Numbered from the stretch's first letter, positions 38,364 to 48,400 are shown. The stretch is 64,000 bases of DNA from Bdellovibrionales bacterium (GCA_965243065.1 CBDETO010000005.1:1883520-1947519); one strand, 5' to 3'. Notes: generated by a model from the letters alone, not told the origin. Translations and numbers: made by a program.

Positions 38364-39056
38364 ATGTTTGAAAATATTGAACAATCTTTATTAAGTTTTC
38401 TAACCACCTTTGCGTATGATCCCTGGGTTTTTTACAGTATTATTATTCTTTTAATGACCTTAACGACTTTTGGTGTGCCTATTTCAGAAGAGGTGGTGAT
38501 TATTTCGGCGGCCCTGGTGACCTATATGGGAGCCCATCCGGAGTTGTACCCTCCCCCTCCTTTCGCTGTGGAGAGTGGGCAAAGTCCTGTTCAGCCTTTT
38601 ACTACAGCTTTAGTATGTTTTCTTGCTGTATTTTTAAGTGATTTGTTGGTTTATATGCTGGGTTTTATTTTTAGGGATAACATCATTAACCATCCTATAA
38701 TTAAAAGATTTTTTTCCAAAAAAAGAAAAGAAAAAATAGATATATGGGTATCCCGGTATGGGGCTTTTGTTTTAGGTATATTGCGTTTTACTCCTGGGTT
38801 GCGGTTTATCGGTTATCTCACCTGTGGGGTGGTCCGTATTCCCATTCATAAATTTGTTCTTATTAATGGAGGAGTGGCTTTACTGGTAGTTCCTTCTCAA
38901 GTATTTATTATTTCTATTTATGGCGAAGCTATTGTCGCTAATTTGAAATTGGTTTCTGTCGTTTTACTGGTTTTATGTGTCTTTTTTATTTTGACCATGT
39001 TGTTCACTCAATTATATAAATTTTTAAAGAAAATGAAAGGGGCCCATCTAGTTTGA
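38364..39056 (+). CDS. DedA/VTT-domain family membrane protein
   Basis: 230 aa, multi-TM, LRFTPGLRFIGYLTCG motif. Confidence 0.55.
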   Translation: MFENIEQSLLSFLTTFAYDPWVFYSIIILLMTLTTFGVPISEEVVIISAALVTYMGAHPELYPPPPFAVESGQSPVQPFTTALVCFLAVFLSDLLVYMLGFIFRDNIINHPIIKRFFSKKRKEKIDIWVSRYGAFVLGILRFTPGLRFIGYLTCGVVRIPIHKFVLINGGVALLVVPSQVFIISIYGEAIVANLKLVSVVLLVLCVFFILTMLFTQLYKFLKKMKGAHLV

Positions 39057-39219
39057 TTCCCGCGGAAGCGAGAATTTAGTTGCATTGTGGCCCTAGAAGG
39101 CTAATACAACTGAAAGCTACTTTGGTGGCTTTCAGTCCCGCGAAAGCGGGAATTTAGTTAGCTGACTTCCTTGGAAGAATTTCAAAATTTATAAAAATCA
39201 AAAGAGGAATGATGAAACA

Positions 39220-40185
39220 ATGAAATTCAGATGTGTTTCTCTTAATAAAGCTTGTTGTATTATCCAGGAAAGGGGAGTGGTCGCTATCCCTACAGAAACA
39301 GTATATGGTTTAGCTGGTTCTGTATTTAGTGAGGTGGCTTTAAAAAAAATCTTTCGTATAAAAAAACGTCCTCTTTTTAATCCCTTAATTGTTCATTGTA
39401 AAGACACAAGACAAATGAGAGAATTTCATAATGTGAGTCATCCTTTGTTGGATAAAATGATGGCCTATTTTTCTCCAGGGCCTCTTACTTTTATTTTGAG
39501 TAAAACTAAAAAAGTGCATCCCCTTATTACGGCGGGACATAAAGTGGGTTTAAGGGTGCCTCAGCATCCTATCACCTTGGAGTTAATAAAAAAAACCACA
39601 GCCCTTTGTGCTCCTAGTGCTAATTTATTTGGTCGGCTAAGTCCCACTAGAGCGGAGCATGTTCAGGACATATTTAAAGGAGCTGTTCCTGTTTTGGATG
39701 GAGGGGAATGCAAAGGTGGAATTGAATCTACCGTGTTGGAACCTGATTTTAATAATAAAGTTCTAAATATTTTAAGGCCAGGGCTTATTTCTAAAGAGGA
39801 TTTACAGAAGTGGTTACAAAACTTAGACCAAAAAGATTGGACTGTGCGCTTTTCTTCTTCTTCGCTCAGTCCTGGACAGTTAAAAAAACATTATAGGCCA
39901 AAGGTTCCTTTAGTGATTATGGAAACTCACAAAACACCCCCTCCCACAAAGAGGAAAATAGAACAATATCTTTCTTCGTTTTTTCCTGGAAAAATTTTTA
40001 AGAAATTAGCATTAAAAAACTCAGCCATCTTAAGTGCTCGGGTGCTCTACCATGAAATGAATGTTTTATCTCAAAACCCCTCACAGGTTATTTATGTTGT
40101 TAAAGATAATAAAAATATAGGCCCTTCTTGGAAGGCTATATGGGATCGTCTGGATAAAGCTTGTTCTCGAAGGCTTGTTTTATAA
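39220..40185 (+). CDS. tsaC: L-threonylcarbamoyladenylate synthase (Sua5/YwlC long form)
   Basis: VVAIPTETVYGLAG, APSANLFGRLSPT, ESTVLE. 321 aa implies a C-terminal Sua5 domain. Confidence 0.85.
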   Translation: MKFRCVSLNKACCIIQERGVVAIPTETVYGLAGSVFSEVALKKIFRIKKRPLFNPLIVHCKDTRQMREFHNVSHPLLDKMMAYFSPGPLTFILSKTKKVHPLITAGHKVGLRVPQHPITLELIKKTTALCAPSANLFGRLSPTRAEHVQDIFKGAVPVLDGGECKGGIESTVLEPDFNNKVLNILRPGLISKEDLQKWLQNLDQKDWTVRFSSSSLSPGQLKKHYRPKVPLVIMETHKTPPPTKRKIEQYLSSFFPGKIFKKLALKNSAILSARVLYHEMNVLSQNPSQVIYVVKDNKNIGPSWKAIWDRLDKACSRRLVL

Positions 40186-40213
40186 AGTAGCATCTATATA
40201 AATCGGCAAACTG

Positions 40214-40580
40214 TTTTCCTGAAGTTCGCCAAATAAAACCCTTTGGGTTTAAAAGAGTGGTAAATTTATCATAGTTTTCCTGAAGTTCGCCAAATAAAAC
40301 CCTTTGGGTTAATGATGAACCTTTCGGAAGAGAATAGGATTTAAAAGGCTCGGACATGCGGTTTGCCACAAATTTGTCATTCCCGCGAAAGCGGGAATCT
40401 AGTTGCTCATGTGTCAAATCCGAACTCGCTTTTAAGCCCTATTCTCTTCCGAAAGAAGCTTTTTTCTTTATGTGAGAGATTTTACCAAAGTTTATCAAAT
40501 AAAACCCTTTGGGTTTAAAAGAGTGGTAAATTTATCATAGTTTTCCTGAAGTTCGCCAAATAAAACCCTTTGGGTTTAAA
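40214..40580. repeat. 61-bp tandem repeat (TTTTCCTGAAGTTCGCCAAATAAAACCCTTTGGGTTTAAAAGAGTGGTAAATTTATCATAG), ~1.6 + ~1.6 copies split by a 183-bp insert containing a MITE-like element
   Basis: Units at 40214, 40275 (truncated at 40310) and 40494-40580. Each has hairpin AAACCC-TTT-GGGTTT. Confidence 0.75.
40321..40455. mobile_element. MITE-like element M1 (135 bp) with perfect 18-bp terminal inverted repeats CTTTCGGAAGAGAATAGG
   Basis: TIRs at 40321-40338 and 40438-40455. The core contains CATGCGGTTTGCCACA, a REP hairpin ATTCCCGCGAAAGCGGGAAT and TCCGAACTCGCTTTT. Confidence 0.65.
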
Positions 40581-40639
40581 TCTGGTATGGATTTTGCATA
40601 GCTTATTTTTAAAAAACTATGATACTATAAAGAAAGGAG

Positions 40640-41314
40640 ATGAAGATGAGTAAATCCATAATATCACCAGCAGATGAGATTTGGGCACTTATAAAAGAGA
40701 CTCAAAGAAATTTAGAGCGGTTTTCGGCAGAAGCAGAGAAGCGGCAAGCAGAAGCAGAGAAGCAAAGGGCAGAGGAAAAGAAGCAAAGGGCAGAAGAAAA
40801 GAAGCAGCAGGCTAAGCGATGGGCTGAAGCAGAGAAACGTAGTGCTGAAATAGATCGGCAGATACAAAAAATAGGGGGCCGGTTTAATGAACGATGGGGA
40901 GCTTTAGTGGAGTCTTTAGTTGAGGGAAAGCTGGTAAAGATTTTTCAAGGTCATGGGATAGATATAACACAAACTCATACTCGTTCTAAATCAGAGTGGA
41001 GAAAACCGGATGGTCGTATTGAAAGACGGGAGTTTGATATTATTGTGGCTAATGGAACAGAGGTTGTGGTTGTAGAAGTAAAAACCACTTTAGTTCCCAA
41101 AGATGTCACTGTTTTTTTAGAAACCCTTAGGGATTTTAGAAATTACTTTCGAAGATATAAGACGGAAACGATCTACGGGGCGGTAGCCTATCTAGCCAGT
41201 GAGAGTAGGGCGCATTTGCTTGCGGAGGAAGAGGGTTTATTTCTTATCCGAGCTACAGGGGACAGTGCCAGTCTGGTTAATAGAAAAGACTTTAAACCCA
41301 AAGCTTTTAGCTGA
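40640..41314 (+). CDS. Coiled-coil + PD-(D/E)XK nuclease-fold protein
   Basis: N-terminal AEAEKRQAEAEKQRAEEKKQRAEEKK repeats. C-terminal EFDIIVANGTEVVVVEVKTTL fits the D...E-x-K motif. Confidence 0.55.
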   Translation: MKMSKSIISPADEIWALIKETQRNLERFSAEAEKRQAEAEKQRAEEKKQRAEEKKQQAKRWAEAEKRSAEIDRQIQKIGGRFNERWGALVESLVEGKLVKIFQGHGIDITQTHTRSKSEWRKPDGRIERREFDIIVANGTEVVVVEVKTTLVPKDVTVFLETLRDFRNYFRRYKTETIYGAVAYLASESRAHLLAEEEGLFLIRATGDSASLVNRKDFKPKAFS

Positions 41315-41456
41315 AGAATCATTTTTCAGTGTGGAGCTAATCTCCATAGATCTGTCATTCCCGTGAAGCTTGAACTTTGTCATGCCCACGCAAGCCCTGT
41401 CATTCCCGCGCAAGCCCTGTCATTCCCGCGAAAGCGGGAATCTCATTGCTCTTGCT

Positions 41457-41571
41457 CTTCAGTAGAGAATAGAGAGCAAAAAACTCAAACATGCGGTTTG
41501 CCACAGTAGCAACCTTTGGTTGCTCTGTGCTCAAATCCGAACTCGCTTTTGCTCTCTATTCTCTCCTGAAG
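41457..41571. mobile_element. MITE-like element M2 (115 bp), 25-bp TIR (1 mismatch)
   Basis: CTTCAGTAGAGAATAGAGAGCAAAA ... TTTTGCTCTCTATTCTCTCCTGAAG. Same conserved core ends as M1, but with inner hairpin AGCAACC-TTTG-GGTTGCT. Confidence 0.65.
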
Positions 41572-41622
41572 AGTCTATCTCTATCCTGCTTTGTATGTCA
41601 TCCTCATAGCTAACGGGAAGCC

Positions 41623-41652
41623 ATTTTGTCAGTGAATTAGTGAACATTTACA
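41623..41652. mobile_element. Orphan terminal inverted repeat of the IS481-family element
   Basis: ATTTTGTCAGTGAATTAGTGAACATTTACA vs IS right end ATTTTGTCAGCGAATTAGTGAACACGTACA (27/30). No transposase adjacent. Confidence 0.6.
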
Positions 41653-41749
41653 ATCGTGAAGTTTGAACTTTGTCATGCCCTCGGAAGCGGGCATCTCATT
41701 GGCTACGAGGAATAATGATCTATAAGTAAATACATCCTTCAAGAAAACA

Positions 41750-41839
41750 GCTTTGCTTCTATACGAGGCTTTGCTTCTATACGAGGCTTTGCTTCTATAC
41801 GAGGCTTTGCTTCTATACGAGGCTTTGCCTCCTATTCTC
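41750..41839. repeat. 18-bp tandem repeat GCTTTGCTTCTATACGAG x4 + 1 degenerate
   Basis: Read directly. ORFs 41629-41841 and 41753-42019 are repeat artefacts. Confidence 0.85.
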
Positions 41840-42334
41840 AATATTTGTTTGTTTCAATTTGATACAAATAAGAATCCTTTTATTGAGGAAGATTTATTTT
41901 TATTTACCTTTCTAGAATTTCTATTTTCATTAAAGATTAAAAGAACTTACTTATATATCTTGTTTTTAAAAATGAGGGTAGCTCAGCCTATTGAGCTTCA
42001 TAAACTAAATATGGACTAAATATTTTATTTGTTAATTAATTTTTTTATGATAGCCTTAATTATAAGGTCATGCTTTTAAGGGTTTTCTTGTTTTAATGAT
42101 GATGGGCTTTTGTGTATCTTTTTGGAGGCCAAGGACACTTTTCAGTGGAAAAGAGGAGTCAAAAAATTTAGATTGCTATAGATCTGTCATTTCTGCGGAA
42201 GATTGTCATTCCCGCGAAAGCGGGAATCCAGATCTGCTAAACTGAAAGCCCCTAGCTTATTCATCTCAAAAAATGGGAAAAATTTTTATAAAATAGAGTT
42301 GACAAGGATGTTTAAAATATGAATATTGTTTTTA

Positions 42335-42446
42335 ACATACATACATACATACATACATACATACATACATACATACATACATACATACATACATACATAC
42401 ATACATACATACATACATACATACATACATACATACATACATACAT
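42335..42446. repeat. Tetranucleotide microsatellite (ACAT)28
   Basis: 112 bp, perfect. ORFs 42286-42486 and 42319-42963 (YIHT / MYVC repeats) are artefacts. Confidence 0.95.
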
Positions 42447-42489
42447 AAAGTATATTCATTTCTTCTTCTCCCGTTTTTTTCAACATGTC

Positions 42490-42637
42490 CTTTTCAAGAG
42501 AAAAGAAGAGTCAAAAACTCAGACATGCGTTTTGCCACAAATATGTCATTCCCGCGAAAGCGGGAATCTAGTTGCTCTTGTGCTCAAGCTTGTCCTCGTG
42601 AAAACGGGGATCCGACTCGCTTTTTCCTCTTATTCTC
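42490..42637. mobile_element. MITE-like element M3 (148 bp)
   Basis: CTTTTCAAGAGAAAAGAAGAGTCAAAAACTCAGACATGCGTTTTGCCACA ... TCCGACTCGCTTTTTCCTCTTATTCTCTTCTGAAAAG. Carries two inner hairpins. Confidence 0.6.
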
Positions 42638-43123
42638 TTCTGAAAAGATGTTGTTTTCTATATACGATCGTCAGGCAGAGTACTGTGGCTTTATACCGAA
42701 CGGGTATAGCTGTGGAAACCTATCTTTTCAACAGAGTTGATATAGTGAAGAAGCTCTGTTTCCATTTTTTATGTCATTTCACAAAACAAATTATACCGGT
42801 TCGGTACGGGATTCCTGTTCTTTGTTTTTACGAGGACAAGCTTCACGGGAAGGACAAACATTTACAGGAATATTGTCATTTCTACAAAGTATGTCATGCC
42901 CGCGGAAGCGGGCATCTCATAAGCTACGGCTTTGTCACCTCCGCGAAAGCGAGGGTCTTATAGCTACGAGGAATAATGATCTATGAGTAAAAATATGTTC
43001 TTCAGGAAAACAGTGTTACCTTTCTGGATTCCCGCTTTCGCGGGAATGACAGTGCTTTCGCGGGAATATTGTCACCCCCGTGAAAACGGGGGTCTTGTTC
43101 ATTTACTGGATTCCCGCTTTCGC

Positions 43124-43178
43124 GGGAATGACAGTGCTTTTACAGGAATGACAGTGCTTTTACGGGAATGACAGTGCT
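43124..43178. repeat. ~20-bp tandem repeat GGGAATGACAGTGCTTTTAC x~3
   Basis: Read directly. Second array at 43374-43447. Confidence 0.75.
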
Positions 43179-43204
43179 GGCGCAGGCAATGATAGATGGA
43201 TAAG

Positions 43205-43344
43205 CTTTTCAGGAGAGAAGTAGGGGGCAAAAGCGAGTTCGGATCCCCGCTTTCGCGGGGACAAGCTTGATACAGAGCAACCGAAGGTTGCTTCTGTGGC
43301 AAAACGCATGTCTGAGCCTTTTGACTCCTACTTCTCTCCTGAAG
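43205..43344. mobile_element. MITE-like element M4 (140 bp), inverted orientation relative to M1-M3
   Basis: Its rc reads CTTCAGGAGAGAAGTAGGAGTCAAAAGGCTCAGACATGCGTTTTGCCACA...TCCGAACTCGCTTTTGCCCCCTACTTCTCTCCTGAAAAG. Confidence 0.6.
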
Positions 43345-43373
43345 AACAAGAGCGACTGGATTCCCGCTTTCGC

Positions 43374-43447
43374 GGGAATGACAATGCTTTTACGGGAATG
43401 ACAGTGCTTTTACGGGAATGACAATGCTTTTACGGGAATGACAGGGG
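43374..43447. repeat. 20-bp tandem repeat GGGAATGACA(A/G)TGCTTTTAC x3.5
   Basis: Read directly. Confidence 0.8.
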
Positions 43448-43644
43448 AAGAGGGAAGGAATGCAATTAAACAGGAAGTAATTTAGTTAAGGGATGTAAGT
43501 AATAAATTAACTAAAAAAGGGTATTAAACTGATCGTGTTTGAAAATTTCAGATTTAGAAGCTTGGTTAACAAGGGGAAAAAATCCTGAAAGGTACGAAAA
43601 AATAATACCCTTTGGGTATTAAACAAAACCAAGGAGGATGTTAA

Positions 43645-45405
43645 GTGTCTATATACAAGAATGTAAGAAAGTTTTTGGTCAAAGTATTTAGTAAAAACAA
43701 AGAAGGATCAGCGGCCATTATTTTATCTTTGATGGTTTCGGCAGGGGTGCTCAGCACCATTTACTTTACTCAAAAAATGACAGGGGGTTTTTTATCTGAG
43801 CATTCACAGTCTATAGAGGAATGGGAAAAGCATTTGGTAACGGAGTCGGCTCAAACCCTGGCAGCTTACCTGGTGGCCAATAATCTTATTCTTTGTCGTC
43901 AAGATGGTTGGACGGGCAAGCAATCTAATTGTAAGTGGACTCTGGCCCCTAAGACAGAGAGTCCTGCTGATTTTCATTTATCGGATGAAGGGGACTCAGC
44001 AGAGGGGCTATCCTATAAAGGTAAATACACTTTGGATGATGTGGAGAAGGAATATAAAGTGACTTTTCAGTTGGTGGATTGGCGGAGCACCTCTATAGAG
44101 AATTTGATTGGTGATGTGCCGGAGGCGGTTTGCAGAGATAAGAACACTTTGGAAGTGATTAGTGATGCGTCTTGTTTAAAGTATGAGGATTCTACTGACC
44201 CGATTAATCAGGTTTGTCAGGTGAGCGGCAGTGATGACAGTGATACACTCTGTGAATATATAAAACCGGTAGATGGGGACTATTGGATTGTTTTAACAAA
44301 AGTGGAGGTGGATTATAAAGACCCTGTCTCCAAGGCGGATTTAAAACATGTAGCTTTGTCAGGGATAAGGCGTCCTTTAAGTTCTATTAAATTCGGTATG
44401 ATTGTTTCTGGAAGGAAGTGCTCTTTAAGTTGTCCAGGGGGTGTGCAGGCCAATTCGTTCACTCAGTGTCGAGGTTCGTTCCTACCTACAGAGGCAGGAG
44501 AATATACAGGTACAGCCTCTAATATAGTATCTATAAAAAACGAAGGGCCAGGAGCCATCTACTCTCTTTCTTTATTGAGGGAGTCTGTTGGGTTGACGGG
44601 AATTCAAGATTCTTACGAGGAAGATGTGACATCGGATATAGTTAAAGAAGCCAAATCCACAGAGCAGGTGTTTTTGCCTAATGAAACCATAACATTTGAG
44701 TATTTTTATGATTGCCCTGTAGAAGTAAGAAGATCCATTGTATATAAGACCGGGGACCAGGATCGTGTGGAGGTAACAAGTACCACTAAAGATGTTCCTT
44801 TTGAGCAGTTTTCATACTCGCTTAGTTTTGATGCCGATGATCCAGCGGGAGTTTGTTACAAAACTGAGGCATCCCCTGATTTGCCAGACAAAACGCACGA
44901 AGATGTCGATTTTGTAACTATGAGCAGTCCGCGTTTGGCTTCGGCTTCTTGTACTTTAGGGGACACGGCTTGTAGTGCAGGAGGAAGTACCGGAAGCTGT
45001 AAGTTTGCAGGTTTAGAGCCAGCCAGAACATTTATAATTCCTTTAGAAGTGACTGCCCAACATTTAGGTCTTGTTAAAGAAATTGTGACTACGATTACAA
45101 AAAAAGAAGTACCGATGATTATTACTAACGTTACAGATGGTGGAAGTTGTTGTAGTGGTTGTAGCGGCAACCCACACAACGGTAGCTTCAGAGACAGATG
45201 CGATGGTAGAAATGGCCCCGGCTACAGCGGCGGCGGAAGTAGCGGCGGCGGAAGTAGCGGCGGCGGAAGTAGCGGCGGCGGAAGTAGCGGCGGCGGAAGT
45301 AGCGGCGGCGGAAGTAGCGGCGGCGGAAGTAGCGGCGGCGGAAGTAGCGGCGGCGGAAGTAGCGGCGGCGGAAGTAGCGGCGGCGGCTATGGAGGACCAT
45401 GGTGA
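43645..45405 (+). CDS. Large Cys-rich exported protein (586 aa) with TadG-like hydrophobic N-terminus and C-terminal (SGGGS)10 repeat
   Basis: GTG start with AAGGAGG RBS. N-terminus KNKEGSAAIILSLMVSAGVLSTIYF resembles the TadE/TadG-like N-terminal segment. Many Cys. No enzymatic motif recognised. Confidence 0.6.
   Translation: MSIYKNVRKFLVKVFSKNKEGSAAIILSLMVSAGVLSTIYFTQKMTGGFLSEHSQSIEEWEKHLVTESAQTLAAYLVANNLILCRQDGWTGKQSNCKWTLAPKTESPADFHLSDEGDSAEGLSYKGKYTLDDVEKEYKVTFQLVDWRSTSIENLIGDVPEAVCRDKNTLEVISDASCLKYEDSTDPINQVCQVSGSDDSDTLCEYIKPVDGDYWIVLTKVEVDYKDPVSKADLKHVALSGIRRPLSSIKFGMIVSGRKCSLSCPGGVQANSFTQCRGSFLPTEAGEYTGTASNIVSIKNEGPGAIYSLSLLRESVGLTGIQDSYEEDVTSDIVKEAKSTEQVFLPNETITFEYFYDCPVEVRRSIVYKTGDQDRVEVTSTTKDVPFEQFSYSLSFDADDPAGVCYKTEASPDLPDKTHEDVDFVTMSSPRLASASCTLGDTACSAGGSTGSCKFAGLEPARTFIIPLEVTAQHLGLVKEIVTTITKKEVPMIITNVTDGGSCCSGCSGNPHNGSFRDRCDGRNGPGYSGGGSSGGGSSGGGSSGGGSSGGGSSGGGSSGGGSSGGGSSGGGSSGGGSSGGGYGGPW
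45226..45387 (+). repeat. Perfect 15-bp tandem repeat AGCGGCGGCGGAAGT x10 (+12 nt), in-frame (SGGGS)n
   Basis: Read directly. Other-frame ORFs 45137-45430 and 45188-45424 are shadows. Confidence 0.95.
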
Positions 45406-45429
45406 TTCTGGAGGGAGTCCTCATAGGTA

Positions 45430-48400
45430 ATGAATAACCTTTTAGAAGAACTGTTATTAGTTAGTATATTAGGAGATATTTTTTGTAAGTTTAAAGTGAG
45501 AGGTACTTTGAAAAAAAGAACAAAAAATCAAGATATGCCAATCCGGTATAGAAAGAAGGAGGATCTTCAAAACTTCTCATTTCCTTTTGGAAAAAACAAA
45601 GAGACGATTGGAAAAATCAAACTTTGGTATAACAATTTAAGTGGAATATTTTTTATAAACAATAAAGGTTCCTTCGTAGTCTCCCAACTTGTGGCGGCAT
45701 TTATAATGGGCATTAGTGGAGTGGCCTTGGTGGCCTATATGCAGGGGCAGTCCAGACAAACCCATGAAGTTGAGCAAGAGCAGGACTTATCTTTTAATAT
45801 TCACTCCAATATTATATCCGATCTACGTGCCCTATTGGTAGAGGCCAATATAGATAACACCGGGGAGAAGCAAGCCCAGAGTAAAGAAGGTGTATGTTCT
45901 TTTTTAGAGCCACCCACTAAAATGGCAGGTGTAGAGTTAATCCAATTCAACATAGGCTCTAATTTAAGTGCGGAGGCTAGGGCCAGTTTTTCAGAAAGCC
46001 GTTGGGAGGCTTTTTTTGACAAGAGTGAGTATGAGCTGTCTTCCGATGATACACCTTGTGAGGCTATGGATCCTGATTTTACGGATAGTCTGTTTAGCCG
46101 CTGTTTTAAGTATATAGGTAAGCAAAATGAGACGGCCAATGAGGTTTATGTGATAGCCCGTATTATACCGAAGAAATTTCCAGAGCAAACCGATATTGAT
46201 TTAAGCCAGTCTAACACCTTAGATGCGAAGGCAGTGCTATTTGAGCTTCAGTCCTTGGTATCTGTTTTTAAGGGGGATGATTATGATGAGAAGGGACTTT
46301 ATGTGAGCAAGCAATATAGCCTGATATGGGCTAATGCGGTGTCGGAATGTCATGCTGAGTCTGCCAATAGTGCCAGGACAGTGGCTGTTCAGTTTTCCGG
46401 TTCGGGCACGGGTAGGTTAAGCCGTAAGACTATAATCAATACTCCAGAGTATGATGCATCAGCATGTAGTGAGTTGGAGTTTCAAGATATCACCCCTGAG
46501 ATGCGTATGTCTCATAGTATTGATAGTGACGGCAATGTGGGTGTGGATTCTATACGGGCACGGACAGCCTGTAGAAGAAATGTGTTTCGCTGTAAGGGAG
46601 AGAGCAGTGATAGTTCGAAAGATTATGAGCCTGTGATTTTTACAATGGGGCTTTCTAATGATAGTGGAGGGCCTTTTGATCTTAAGAAGGTAGGACTTAC
46701 TTTTAAGGATGAAAGCAATGTGGAAGTGGCCTCGGGTAGTCCGGGAAAACTCACCGTAGAGGTATATAACGAGGTTTGGGATTTTGATGCTAATAAAGTT
46801 TTTAAAAAAAACCATCCCGCGGCCATTCTTAATCCCGGTCACGCTGTTTATAAATTTACTTTAAAAGATAAAAGCGATGGGGATAACTCTTTAAAAGGTT
46901 TTTGTGATGATGTTTGTGATTCAGGGAAAAAGATATTCCCTTTCGTTACAATGGACTTATATAAAGCCCCTGGGGCCACCTGTACCTCTTATTCCAGCGA
47001 ATATGAGAAGGAGGAGAAAAACCGTTTTCGCTGTATCGTATGCCATTCTAAAATATGCACTAAAATAGGAATGGGCACTTTTGGTACTATTGAAGATGAG
47101 CTAGATAAAGATGGTAATCTACTGGTGCAGGGTTTGGTGGATGAGCCTTTGGATGGGACTTTGCCGGAATGCGCTTTACCTAAAAATAACAGTGGAGGTA
47201 AGTATGATTTACCGGACTTTAAAAGTAGTAGCTCTGTGGGTGGTTCTGGGGACTGTATAGCGATAAAGCTTCCTAATTTAGAATCTTTTAAAAGTTTTGA
47301 TAGCGCTCAGTATGAGTTTAAAAACTGTAGTAATTCGCTTCCTATTTTATGTTTTGCCAGCGGGCACTATGTACCGGCTGTAGATCTTTCTTCTCCTACT
47401 TCTAAGCCTGCTATATTCACCGGAAGTTTTAATAAAGCTCAAGAAGCTTGTTATAAAATGGGTAGGGAAATAGTCAAGAAAACGGACTTAGCAGGTTTTT
47501 TTATGTATTTTTGGCTTACTATTTCTGGCGATGTTGACTCTGTTGCAGGGGGTTTAGGACTTCCCTCTTTTTCAGATGCCAATTACTTTGATTATGTTAA
47601 TAATGCTACTCGTGGAATATTTATAGCTCCTTCTTATAAAATAGAAGAACTATCAAATTTTTTAAAAGAGGGTGAGGGTTATTTAAAAAAATTTACAGAT
47701 GGGGGACACACCTCTGCCTGGGTGGCCATGAGAAAAGACGGAGGAGGCCAGGTCATAGGCTCCATTCCCTGGGCAAAGGTGGCTGACTCCAAAGTGGCGA
47801 TTTTCAGAAGGAAGGCACTTTTATCCACTGATCCACCTACTAGACCTAGCCCTATCTTACTAAAAAACACCTACTCGGTTCCCTCTTCCGACACAGACAC
47901 TATCTTAACTCACAATATTCAATACAAAGGGGTTTATAATTTACCAGGTGGCAGTGGTATCACAGGAAAAGCCCTTTGCCGAAAAGGCCCTGGAGATTTT
48001 GTTTTAAGCAGCAGTGCTGTTCGTGTACAACAAGCTCCTGGAGCTTGTACTGCAAAGGGAGCTAAATTCCTTCCTCCTTTAAGCTCTTTGGAGTGGGCTA
48101 AGGCCATGACCCTTATAAATCCCAATGATGAGTCTTATCCTTTTCCTGACCCGGGTGATTTATCATCAGGTACAAACCATATTTTTTCTATAAATATTCC
48201 GGCAACAGGGGCTTGGGTGGCCTTAAGCAAGTCAACAGGAAAGGATGGTAAAAATACAGAGAACTGGCGATTAAGTGACGCTTATTTTCCAGATGCAAAG
48301 TCTCTTTTTAATGCGGACAATGTAGATGAGCCTATGCCAGATAAAGGTTCCGACTATATCGGTGTAGTGGATTATGAAGGGACCCCTGTTGTGCCGACCA

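Noticed and set aside
40214-40580. 61-bp periodic repeat considered as a CRISPR-like array
   Set aside because: The whole 61-bp unit is repeated with no unique spacers. It is a plain tandem repeat with a terminator-like hairpin.
41975-42018. tRNA-like 5' half (GGGTAGCTCAGCCTATTGAGC + stem TCATA/TATGG with loop AACTAAA, would-be anticodon CTA)
   Set aside because: There is no T-arm or acceptor 3' strand downstream, and position 33 is A rather than U. At best it is a tRNA gene fragment, not a functional suppressor tRNA.
41629-42963. ORFs with SKASYR, EALLLY, YIHT and MYVC repeats (41629-41841, 41753-42019, 42286-42486, 42319-42963) and neighbouring short ORFs 42525-43302
   Set aside because: These are translations of the 18-bp tandem repeat, the (ACAT)28 microsatellite and REP/MITE DNA. 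The periodic peptides mirror the DNA repeats, and no RBS is present.
45137-45430. ORFs 45137-45430 (+) and 45188-45424 (-) with (AAEVA)n / (RRRYF)n
   Set aside because: They are alternative frames of the 15-bp repeat inside the 586-aa gene. The SGGGS frame is continuous with a long ORF and is the plausible one.
45670-45750. Possible prepilin cleavage site in the 1194-aa protein (NNKG-SFVVSQLVAAFIMG)
   Set aside because: It lacks the canonical G/F-x-x-x-E signature (Ser/Gln instead of Glu+5) and sits ~85 residues from the first ATG. I only call it a hydrophobic N-terminal helix.
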